Source of the DNA: Fidelibacterota bacterium
GTDB lineage: Bacteria > Fidelibacterota > Marinisomatia > Marinisomatales > UBA2128
Length of the DNA: 15,556 nucleotides
Reading direction: 5' to 3'
NCBI GenBank assembly: GCA_046861645.1
Contig: JBHHUM010000049.1
Location: 1-15,556, forward strand
A model generated the notes under the pieces. It was not told where the DNA came from. It did not search any database and saw nothing but the letters and a program-made list of their open reading frames with translations. The position numbers were made by a program, and so were the translations under genes. Numbering within the stretch: the stretch's first letter is position 1; the number at the start of each line of letters is the position of its first letter. Below are positions 7,292 through 14,887 of the stretch, piece by piece.

Positions 7292-8314
7292 TTGTCAACT
7301 CTCCGTGAACTGGCCTCTCTAGTAAATGGTGAGGTAGTAGGTGATCCTGATGTAGAAATTACCGGGGTAGCTGAAATCCAGGCCGCAAAGCAAGGTTCCA
7401 TCACCTTTCTTTTACACAAAAAATATCATTCTTATCTCGAGTCAACCGATGCTTCCGCAGTGGTAGTAGATCAAGAAGAAACCATGGGAAATACTAATTT
7501 GTTAAGAGTGGATAATCCCCATCTGGCCTTTGTTAAACTTTTGGCACATTTTGCACCTCCAGTTCCTTATGAGGGCGGGGTGCATCCAACTGCTGTCATA
7601 GACCCCTCGGCTAAGATTGGTGATAGCGTTTCTATTGGACCATTTTCCGTCATTTCGCCAGATAGTGTGATAGGTTCTAATGTCATCTTGGGAGCCCATG
7701 TAGTTGTGGAAGAGAAAGCAGTAATCGGTGCTGGTTCACAGATTGATAACGGGGTGATAGTAGGTCGTGAGTGTCAATTAGGTTGTAAAGTTATAGTTCA
7801 AAGTGGATCAGTCATTGGTTCTTATGGATTTGGTTATGTCACTGAAAAGGATGTTCATCTCAGGGTTCCACAGCTTGGACGTGTCTTAATAGGTGACGAA
7901 GTTGAGATCGGTGCTAATTGTACCATTGATCGGGGGACGATAAGTGATACCGTCATTGGCAAGGGCACGAAACTCGATAATCTGGTTCATATTGCTCACA
8001 ACGTACGCATCGGTAAAGGATGTTTGATTACCGCCCATGTGGCGATAGCCGGCAGCACAGTTATCGGAGATTATGTAGCATTCGGAGGTCAGTCCGGTGC
8101 GGTGGATCATGTCGTGATTGGTGATCGAGCTCAAATTGCCTCCCGAGGAGGGATCACAAAATCTGTTCCCGGGGGGAAAATCTATTCGGGGATGCCTGCA
8201 CGAGAAGCCCGAGAGCAAAATAAAATTGATGCCTACTTGCACCGTCTCCCAGAATTAATGAAGAGAATACGAGAGTTGGAACGGGAAGTGGAGAAAGCAA
8301 AAAGAAAAGAATGA
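7292..8314 (+). CDS. lpxD: UDP-3-O-acylglucosamine N-acyltransferase
   Basis: N-terminal uridine-binding domain, hexapeptide repeats, GFGY, PQLG, EIGANCTIDRG and KLDNLVHIAHNV; TTG start. Confidence 0.97.
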   Translation: MSTLRELASLVNGEVVGDPDVEITGVAEIQAAKQGSITFLLHKKYHSYLESTDASAVVVDQEETMGNTNLLRVDNPHLAFVKLLAHFAPPVPYEGGVHPTAVIDPSAKIGDSVSIGPFSVISPDSVIGSNVILGAHVVVEEKAVIGAGSQIDNGVIVGRECQLGCKVIVQSGSVIGSYGFGYVTEKDVHLRVPQLGRVLIGDEVEIGANCTIDRGTISDTVIGKGTKLDNLVHIAHNVRIGKGCLITAHVAIAGSTVIGDYVAFGGQSGAVDHVVIGDRAQIASRGGITKSVPGGKIYSGMPAREAREQNKIDAYLHRLPELMKRIRELEREVEKAKRKE

Positions 8315-9246
8315 ATATCAAACAGCAGACTATTGCTTCCTCCATAAGCTGTTCTGGTGTTGGGCTTCATACGGGTCTGAAGTGCAAACTCACTTTTCGC
8401 CCTGCTTTGGAAAACAGCGGGGTGAATTTTGTTCGAACTGATTTAAAGAATGAATCAGCTATTCCGGCTGATGTCGCGCATGTCGTGGATACTGCACGTG
8501 GTACCACCCTATCCCGGAAGGGAGTAATAGTCCGGACAATAGAGCATGTATTGGCTGCTTTGGCAGGTCTTCAAATTGATAATGTTACCATAGAACTTAC
8601 TGCAGAAGAACCGCCTATAATGGATGGAAGTGCCCTCCCCTTTGTGAAGCTTATACTTGAGGCTGGTGTCACCGTACAGGCTGCAGACAGAGAGCTGTTA
8701 GAAGTTGACCGGCAAGTAGTGGTAGAGGATACTGATCATGGCAATAGAATTGAAATCAAACCGTATCGGGAGTTTCGTATCAACGGAAGCCTTGAGTATA
8801 ACGAAGGTATTCTCGCTCCCCAGACAGTATTATTAGAACGAATTGAAGATTTTTCTGAGGAGATTGCACCTGCCCGTACTTTCGGTTTTCTCAGTGAATT
8901 AAAGGAATTGAGGAGAGCCGGACTTGCACAAGGGGGCAGCCTTGAGAATGCGGTAATTTTTGTAGATAGATCAATCAATGACCAGCAACGCAATGAACTG
9001 GCGGAGATGTTCGGTGAAGATGAAGAAAATTTAATCGGAAGTAATGGTATTTTGAACCTTGGTGGACTGAGATTCCCTGATGAACCAGTTCGGCATAAAG
9101 TGCTCGATCTTGTAGGAGACTTGATGCTTTTGGGAAGCCCGATACGGGGGGAGATCACAGCTCAAAAGATGAGTCATGCCCTGAATGTTGAGTTTGTGAA
9201 GAAATTGAGGCAGGAATACCCGCAGAAAAAGGAGGCAATAGCGTGA
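8311..9246 (+). CDS. lpxC: UDP-3-O-acyl-N-acetylglucosamine deacetylase
   Basis: Motifs QQTI, GVGLHTG, TIEH, PIMDGSA, IAPARTF, GGSLENA, RHKVLDLVGDL and HALN; ATGA overlap with lpxD. Confidence 0.96.
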   Translation: MNIKQQTIASSISCSGVGLHTGLKCKLTFRPALENSGVNFVRTDLKNESAIPADVAHVVDTARGTTLSRKGVIVRTIEHVLAALAGLQIDNVTIELTAEEPPIMDGSALPFVKLILEAGVTVQAADRELLEVDRQVVVEDTDHGNRIEIKPYREFRINGSLEYNEGILAPQTVLLERIEDFSEEIAPARTFGFLSELKELRRAGLAQGGSLENAVIFVDRSINDQQRNELAEMFGEDEENLIGSNGILNLGGLRFPDEPVRHKVLDLVGDLMLLGSPIRGEITAQKMSHALNVEFVKKLRQEYPQKKEAIA

Positions 9247-9695
9247 AAGAAAAGGTATCCTACGGAATTAACCAGATCATGGATATTATGGCTCATCGAT
9301 ATCCGATTTTACTATTAGACAGAATTGTGGAGATCGAACCAGGTAAAACCGTCATCGCCATTAAGAATGTCACTGCCAATGAGCCCTACTTCCAGGGGCA
9401 TTTCCCCAATAGACCAGTTATGCCGGGTGTTCTTATCGTAGAAGCTATGGCTCAGGCGGGAGGCTTTTTGATCCTCAATACCGTAGACGATCCTCTATCG
9501 AAGAATATGTTTTTTGCCTCCATTGAAAGAGCCCGTTTTCGGAAACCGGTTATTCCTGGTGACCAACTTAGAATGGAGCTTAATCTGGTGAAGTACCGAC
9601 TGAATACCTGTAAGATCACTGGAGTAGCGTATGTTGATGGTGAAGTGGTAACGGAGATAGCTTACACCGCTTCCATAGTACCGCGGGAGGTTTGA
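9243..9695 (+). CDS. fabZ: 3-hydroxyacyl-ACP dehydratase
   Basis: Motifs HRYPILLLDR, KNVTANEPYFQGHFP and PGVLIVEAMAQ; RBS GGAGG at 9231-9235 and GTGA overlap with lpxC. Confidence 0.96.
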   Translation: MKEKVSYGINQIMDIMAHRYPILLLDRIVEIEPGKTVIAIKNVTANEPYFQGHFPNRPVMPGVLIVEAMAQAGGFLILNTVDDPLSKNMFFASIERARFRKPVIPGDQLRMELNLVKYRLNTCKITGVAYVDGEVVTEIAYTASIVPREV

Positions 9696-10471
9696 ACATT
9701 TCTCAACGGATTCACCCTACAGCAATTGTTGCTACATCTGCTTCCCTTGGTAAAGAGGTGGAAGTTGGGCCATATTCTATCATTGATGATAGGGTTACGG
9801 TGGGTGAGGGTTGTCGGATCAGCAATCATGTTACCCTTCGCTCTGGGACCACCCTGGGGGAGAATTGTACGGTTTTTCCAGGAGTCGTTATAGGAGAAAT
9901 TCCTCAGGATTTGAAATTCCAGGGGGAAGATTCTGTCGTAGAAATTGGTTCTAATGTTATCATTCGAGAGTATGTTACTATCCATCGGGGCAGTGCCACT
10001 CGAGGTAAGACAGTTATCAGTGATGGTTGTTACCTGATGGCTTATGCACATGTGGCCCACGACTGCTTTATTGGAGAGGAAACTATTCTGGTCAATGGCG
10101 TCCAACTGGGTGGCCATGTGGATATCCTTGATCATTCCTTCTTAGGTGGGCATGTCGTCGTACACCAATTTTCAAAAATTGGGTCTTTTGCTTTAATTGG
10201 GGGAGGCTATCGGGTGGTGAAAGATGTCCCACCTTATATCATTGCTGCACGAGAACCACTCACTTTTAGTGGAGTCAACGTAGTGGGTCTTAAGCGGGTA
10301 GGTTTTTCTAACCAACTTATCCGTAACCTGAAAGAAGCTTTTCGTCTTCTGTACAGGTCCTCACTGAATACCTCTCAGGCTTTGGAAGAGATCCGTAGGA
10401 CGATACCTGAATCAGTAGAGATCAGTAACGTTCTAAGTTTTGTGGAAAACAGTGAACGCGGCATTATCTAA
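9692..10471 (+). CDS. lpxA: Acyl-ACP--UDP-N-acetylglucosamine O-acyltransferase
   Basis: Motifs IHPTA, hexapeptide repeats, PQDLKF, IREYVTIHRG, HVAHDC, VHQF, DVPPY and GLKR. The exact start is uncertain (TTG 9692). Confidence 0.96.
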   Translation: MNISQRIHPTAIVATSASLGKEVEVGPYSIIDDRVTVGEGCRISNHVTLRSGTTLGENCTVFPGVVIGEIPQDLKFQGEDSVVEIGSNVIIREYVTIHRGSATRGKTVISDGCYLMAYAHVAHDCFIGEETILVNGVQLGGHVDILDHSFLGGHVVVHQFSKIGSFALIGGGYRVVKDVPPYIIAAREPLTFSGVNVVGLKRVGFSNQLIRNLKEAFRLLYRSSLNTSQALEEIRRTIPESVEISNVLSFVENSERGII

Positions 10472-11198
10472 GTTTATCTTCCTGGGCCAATTAACATTTC
10501 TGTTTGTTTCGTCTCTCGGAGCTCAGGTTCCCGATTATGATCTAAATCCCTGGATTGGTGATGGTTTTGATGAAAAGGCTGATCGATTTTTCAAACTTTT
10601 AGCCGTGCAAACAACTTCAATACGTACATCAGTTAGTAGTGAAGAAGGTCGGATGGTGATGGGGTTGCAATTATCAAGTGCCATTTCATCTGGAAAAGGG
10701 AATATGGGGTTTATCAGAGGCAAAGGTGGTATCTTTCCCGTTCTGGAAGGGAACTTCTGGGTCGCACGTAATTTGAGGCTACACGGGACATTCTCCGGTT
10801 TCAGTTCAGCGAACGATTTAGTGTTTTCCAGTAGCTACGGTTTTGCTTATCAATCAGGTGGAGATAGAGCGAGAGGCAGGTGGGCATTTTCTTTTCTTCG
10901 CAGCAGACTGGAGGGACCTGAGGATCTATTTTTCAAAAGCATTGTAATGAGCACGGGTCGCAGGATAAATTACCATAATCTAAGATTGACCCTGGGAACT
11001 GGAATCGTTTTATACAATAGTGGACTTCACATCTCAGGTGTGGATGAAGATTCATTTCCTAAACGAATGGAAGGAGCAGTGGGCATGTTTACCTTGCGTG
11101 GTGATACTATGATTGCTTCTAACATAGAAGCAGGATTGGAATTACGTCTAAGTCCTAAATGTTTCTCTCTGACCCTGGGTTTATACAAGATTCTGTAA
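10452..11198 (+). CDS. Hypothetical exported protein, probable outer-membrane beta-barrel
   Basis: Signal-peptide-like N-terminus (…FLFVSSLGA/Q) and many amphipathic beta-strand patterns (LRLHGTFSGF, FSSSYGFAY, LRLTLGTGIV, AGLELRL, FSLTLGLY). Start is GTG 10452 or TTG 10440; overlaps the lpxA end, and its TAA overlaps the dxr ATG. Confidence 0.65.
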   Translation: MNAALSKFIFLGQLTFLFVSSLGAQVPDYDLNPWIGDGFDEKADRFFKLLAVQTTSIRTSVSSEEGRMVMGLQLSSAISSGKGNMGFIRGKGGIFPVLEGNFWVARNLRLHGTFSGFSSANDLVFSSSYGFAYQSGGDRARGRWAFSFLRSRLEGPEDLFFKSIVMSTGRRINYHNLRLTLGTGIVLYNSGLHISGVDEDSFPKRMEGAVGMFTLRGDTMIASNIEAGLELRLSPKCFSLTLGLYKIL

Positions 11199-12364
11199 TG
11201 TCAAAGCGGGTTTCAATTCTCGGTTCCACCGGTTCCATTGGGCAAAATGCCCTTACGGTAGTAGAACACCTGGGAGACGAATTTGAGGTCTGTTGTCTTA
11301 GTGCTGCCCGTAATAGTGCGGTTCTTATAGAACAGGCTAGAAAATACAAACCGGCTGCAGTCGCTCTGGTGAGTCCCGCCGCTGCTGGAGAAGTCAGGGA
11401 ATCTCTTTCCGGCAGTGGTATAGAGGTTTTATCCGGAAGGGAAGGTTTACTGGAACTTGCCTCTCGGGATGATGTAGATATCGTTTTGAATGGATTGGTG
11501 GGAAGTGCCGGCATGGAGCCAACTGTTCGAGCCTTGGAATCTGGAGTAGATGTGGCTTTGAGTAATAAGGAAAGTCTTGTCATGGCCGGTGAACTGATCG
11601 ACATGATCAAGAAGAAAACAGGAGCTACAATTTATCCTGTTGATAGTGAACACAGTGCCATCTGGCAATGTTTGCAAGGCGAAGATCAGGCCAATATTAA
11701 GAAGATCATTCTAACAGGTTCTGGTGGGCCGTTCCGAACAAAGCCCCTGGAAGAGTTTTCAGAAATCACCGTCGAAGAAGCGTTACATCATCCGAATTGG
11801 AAGATGGGTAATAAAATAACCATTGATTCAGCTACTATGATGAATAAGGGATTGGAAGTCATCGAAGCACACTGGCTCTTTGCCGTAGAACAACGTCAAA
11901 TCGACATTGTGGTACATCCCCAATCCATCATTCACAGTATGGTGGAATTCAGGGATGGTTCCGTTAAGGCGCAGTTAGGCTTGCCGGACATGAAGCTCCC
12001 CATCCAGTATGCCCTCACCTACCCGCAAAGGATGGACTTAACCTGGGAGGAGACCTACTTCACGGATATTACTTCTTTGACATTTGAGGAACCTGACCTC
12101 GTAAAATTTCCATGTATTCGCTTGGCTTTCGAGGTGTTGGAGAGGGGAGGATCAGCCCCGGCGGCTCTGAATGTGGCTAATGATAATAGTGTTTCTGCAT
12201 TTTTGGCCGGAAAGATTTCGTTTACAGACATTCCTGCTCTTAATGAGGAAGCTGTTGCCGAGCACAATTGGACTAATCATCCAGATTTGGATTATCTTCG
12301 GAAGTTAGAAGAATGGGGACAAGAATTTATATCCAATAAAATCAACGAAGTGGCGGTGATATGA
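11198..12364 (+). CDS. dxr: 1-deoxy-D-xylulose 5-phosphate reductoisomerase
   Basis: Motifs LGSTGSIG, NKESLV, PVDSEHSA, TGSGGPF, HPNWKMG, DSATMMNKGLE and HPQSIIHSMV. The true start is probably ATG 11198 (TAATG overlap) rather than 11159. Confidence 0.97.
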   Translation: MSKRVSILGSTGSIGQNALTVVEHLGDEFEVCCLSAARNSAVLIEQARKYKPAAVALVSPAAAGEVRESLSGSGIEVLSGREGLLELASRDDVDIVLNGLVGSAGMEPTVRALESGVDVALSNKESLVMAGELIDMIKKKTGATIYPVDSEHSAIWQCLQGEDQANIKKIILTGSGGPFRTKPLEEFSEITVEEALHHPNWKMGNKITIDSATMMNKGLEVIEAHWLFAVEQRQIDIVVHPQSIIHSMVEFRDGSVKAQLGLPDMKLPIQYALTYPQRMDLTWEETYFTDITSLTFEEPDLVKFPCIRLAFEVLERGGSAPAALNVANDNSVSAFLAGKISFTDIPALNEEAVAEHNWTNHPDLDYLRKLEEWGQEFISNKINEVAVI

Positions 12365-13536
12365 TAACAATTTTAGCTATTATTTTTGTTTTAGGTATTC
12401 TTGTTTTTGTTCATGAGTTAGGACACTTTTTTGCGGCTCGGTCTGTGGGTGTACGAGTAGAGCGTTTTTCTCTGGGATACCCTCCTAGATTAGCGACTTT
12501 CACGCCCACTGAAGAAGGTTGGATATTCCAGCTTTTTTTCTATCGCAAGAATGAGGTGGGCAAGTGGGAGTGGGGCCCTGTTCTCAAGAAGACTTTAAGT
12601 AGGATTCCGCGGAAAGCTACTGAAACTGAGTATTCCATCGCTTTGGTGCCCTTAGGAGGTTATGTGAAAATGGCAGGGACCATTGATGAGAGTCTGGAAG
12701 ATGAAATCACCGGAGCACCTGATGAATTATCTTCCAAGAACCGGTTACAACAGGGATGGGTCATGTCAGCAGGGGTGATGATGAATTTAATCCTGGCGGT
12801 GCTCATTTATGCTGCTGTCAGTTGGGGTGAAGGAGTGATGACCCCCGTTGATGAAGAGCCCATCGTAGGTACCCTTTCGGAAGGTCTTCCCGCAGACAAC
12901 ATTGGTATTCAAGCCGGGGACAAAATAGTCAGTATTGGCTCTGAGGATATTCATACCTGGGAACAGATGACGTCGTTGATCCATGCCAGTCCCAGAGATA
13001 CCTTGTTAATTTCGTGGCTTCGGAATGAAACCCTTTTCACTGCAAGTGTAGTTCCCATCGGGGTAAAGGATGTCTGTGATTGTCAGGTCATGGAGTTGGG
13101 CTTTATCGGGATTGCTCCGGTAACCGTGGAGAAAGAAATAGGACTTATAGAGGCTATTTCAATGGGATTATCAATAACCGGAAAGAATGTCAGTAAAATA
13201 TATAATTCAGTCTGCGCCCTGGTAACTGGTAATGCTCCCTTCAGTGATTTGGGAGGACCCATTTTAATTGCTCAGATGGCGGGAAAGTCTGCCCGTGCAG
13301 GATTTCTGTCTCTGCTGCTTTTCACAGCATTTATCAGTATTAATTTAGCTTTTGTTAATATCCTGCCAATTCCGGGGTTAGATGGCGGGCATCTGTTATT
13401 GGTCCTCTTAGAGGGGTTGGTACGACGGAAATTCTCGGTAAAAGTCCGGATTCGGATTCAACAAATTGGAATGGCCTTTCTGTTATTGTTAATTCTGTCA
13501 GTGATTTATAACGATATCGCCCGAATCCTCAATTAA
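12361..13536 (+). CDS. rseP: RIP metalloprotease RseP (M50 family, one PDZ domain)
   Basis: Motifs HELGH, PLGGYV, AGVMMN, a PDZ segment (GIQAGDKIVSI), GPI and NILPIPGLDGG; ATGA overlap with dxr. Confidence 0.95.
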   Translation: MITILAIIFVLGILVFVHELGHFFAARSVGVRVERFSLGYPPRLATFTPTEEGWIFQLFFYRKNEVGKWEWGPVLKKTLSRIPRKATETEYSIALVPLGGYVKMAGTIDESLEDEITGAPDELSSKNRLQQGWVMSAGVMMNLILAVLIYAAVSWGEGVMTPVDEEPIVGTLSEGLPADNIGIQAGDKIVSIGSEDIHTWEQMTSLIHASPRDTLLISWLRNETLFTASVVPIGVKDVCDCQVMELGFIGIAPVTVEKEIGLIEAISMGLSITGKNVSKIYNSVCALVTGNAPFSDLGGPILIAQMAGKSARAGFLSLLLFTAFISINLAFVNILPIPGLDGGHLLLVLLEGLVRRKFSVKVRIRIQQIGMAFLLLLILSVIYNDIARILN

Positions 13537-14246
13537 GGGCTGATTTTTTTTAACAACATAGTCATGGAGCCGAAAGTTGATTTGGTTTCAATTTTAACAG
13601 GCAGTCTTCGTTCGTCATCTGTTAGCCAGATGCGCATATCGCCTTTCTGCTTAAATAGAGTTTTACCTTTTCGATACGGTTCAATCACCAGACATTGAAA
13701 GCGACCCGCCGGTACGCGAACATTCTCTTTTCTATGAACAATGATTTGAAAATCGACAAACTGGTTATTGTCGTAGGTGACAAAAGAGAGCTGCTGCCCG
13801 ACTTTCAATTGAATTGAGCGCAGGTAGTAAAACAGGGAAAAGGGATCACGTATTACAGAGTTGATCGGTAAAACTTCATTTCCAGACGTAACAGTAGAAT
13901 CTTTATAGTTAACGTAGGCTTTTAGCTTATAGCGATAACTTCCCTCGTGAATATTTTTTTTCAGTTGACGTGTGAAAAGTCCTTCCTTATCCAACCAACT
14001 GTTCACCCGGTCTCTTACGTAAAAAAGGGGATCCACAAAGCGGTTACTTTTTGCCGTATAGCGAATGTGGTAGGTAGGATTACCGTTAATTTCCTCTTCA
14101 CCAATAACTTTTAACATGGCACTGCCTGCTTTGATAATATTGACCTTTAGATCATATTCCAGTGTTTCTCCTATGCTGAAAGGAATATCACCCGCTGATA
14201 TTGAGGTGATCATTCCCAGACTTAACATGGTAAGTACCTTAGACAT
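13533..14246 (-). CDS. Exported DUF3108-like protein
   Basis: Signal peptide, PFSIGETLEY, DPFSLFYYLR, VRVPAGRFQC and IWLTDDERRLPVKI, a pattern typical of DUF3108 proteins. Confidence 0.8.
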   Translation of the reverse strand: MSKVLTMLSLGMITSISAGDIPFSIGETLEYDLKVNIIKAGSAMLKVIGEEEINGNPTYHIRYTAKSNRFVDPLFYVRDRVNSWLDKEGLFTRQLKKNIHEGSYRYKLKAYVNYKDSTVTSGNEVLPINSVIRDPFSLFYYLRSIQLKVGQQLSFVTYDNNQFVDFQIIVHRKENVRVPAGRFQCLVIEPYRKGKTLFKQKGDMRIWLTDDERRLPVKIETKSTFGSMTMLLKKISP

Positions 14247-14823
14247 CGGTCTTTCCTCTTAAAATATGAACCATATCTCCTGTCAAATCAATGAGCGTGG
14301 ATCCCTTGGAAGAAGTAGGGATACCAGCGGCGATTAACAAATCGAATTCGCCGTCAAATTCCTTTGCTATCTCTTCAGGACTGTTTAGTGGAGGTTTTCC
14401 TGTCCGGTTTACACTGGTGGAGGTGATGGGGAATCCAAGTTTCTGTGTCAGAGCGGTAGGGAACGGGTGGTCGGGAATACGGGTTCCAATGGACTTCTGT
14501 GTGCCCAGGATGTGCGGAGAAATATCGGATTCACAAGCAGGTAGGATGAGTGTCACTGGCCCGGGTAGATACTTATTAATCTCGGTAGCATGCAACTTTG
14601 GAATTTTGGCATACACTTTTAACATTTCCCAATCTCCCACAACAATGCTCCAAGGTCCTGAACGACCTTTAATAGTGACGAGCTGTGCCACGGCAGCATC
14701 ATTCCGGGCGTCAACACCAAATCCATACAGTGTGTCAGTGGGATAAATGAGCACTCCTCCTGAGCGTATAACATCGGCAGCCTGCTTCAGACTTGCAGGG
14801 TTATCTATTTTGACGATACTCAC
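14239..14823 (-). CDS. tsaC: L-threonylcarbamoyladenylate synthase (YrdC/Sua5 N-domain only)
   Basis: Motifs YPTDTLYG, KGR, PGPVT, GTRIP, STSVN and STLID; GTG start. Confidence 0.92.
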   Translation of the reverse strand: MSIVKIDNPASLKQAADVIRSGGVLIYPTDTLYGFGVDARNDAAVAQLVTIKGRSGPWSIVVGDWEMLKVYAKIPKLHATEINKYLPGPVTLILPACESDISPHILGTQKSIGTRIPDHPFPTALTQKLGFPITSTSVNRTGKPPLNSPEEIAKEFDGEFDLLIAAGIPTSSKGSTLIDLTGDMVHILRGKTDV

Positions 14824-14887
14824 CTTTTTTGATTTTCAATTTTTTTCTCTTCGTCTTGGCCTTCGCCTCTGCTTTTGTCTCTACCAC

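Noticed and set aside
7580..8160. Periodic sequence in lpxD (and similarly in lpxA) as a DNA repeat or array
   Set aside because: Explained by the hexapeptide left-handed beta-helix repeats of these acyltransferases.
11159..11197. 13-aa N-terminal extension of Dxr given by the ORF track
   Set aside because: Dxr homology starts at MSKRVSILGSTGSIG, and ATG 11198 overlaps the upstream stop (TAATG), which is the more plausible start.
14824..14830. A-AAA-AAG slippery heptamer just before tsaC (minus strand) as a programmed -1 frameshift site
   Set aside because: The heptamer is phased in the tsaC frame itself, which has a stop just upstream (14838-14836), so a canonical -1 shift here would not fuse an upstream ORF to TsaC.
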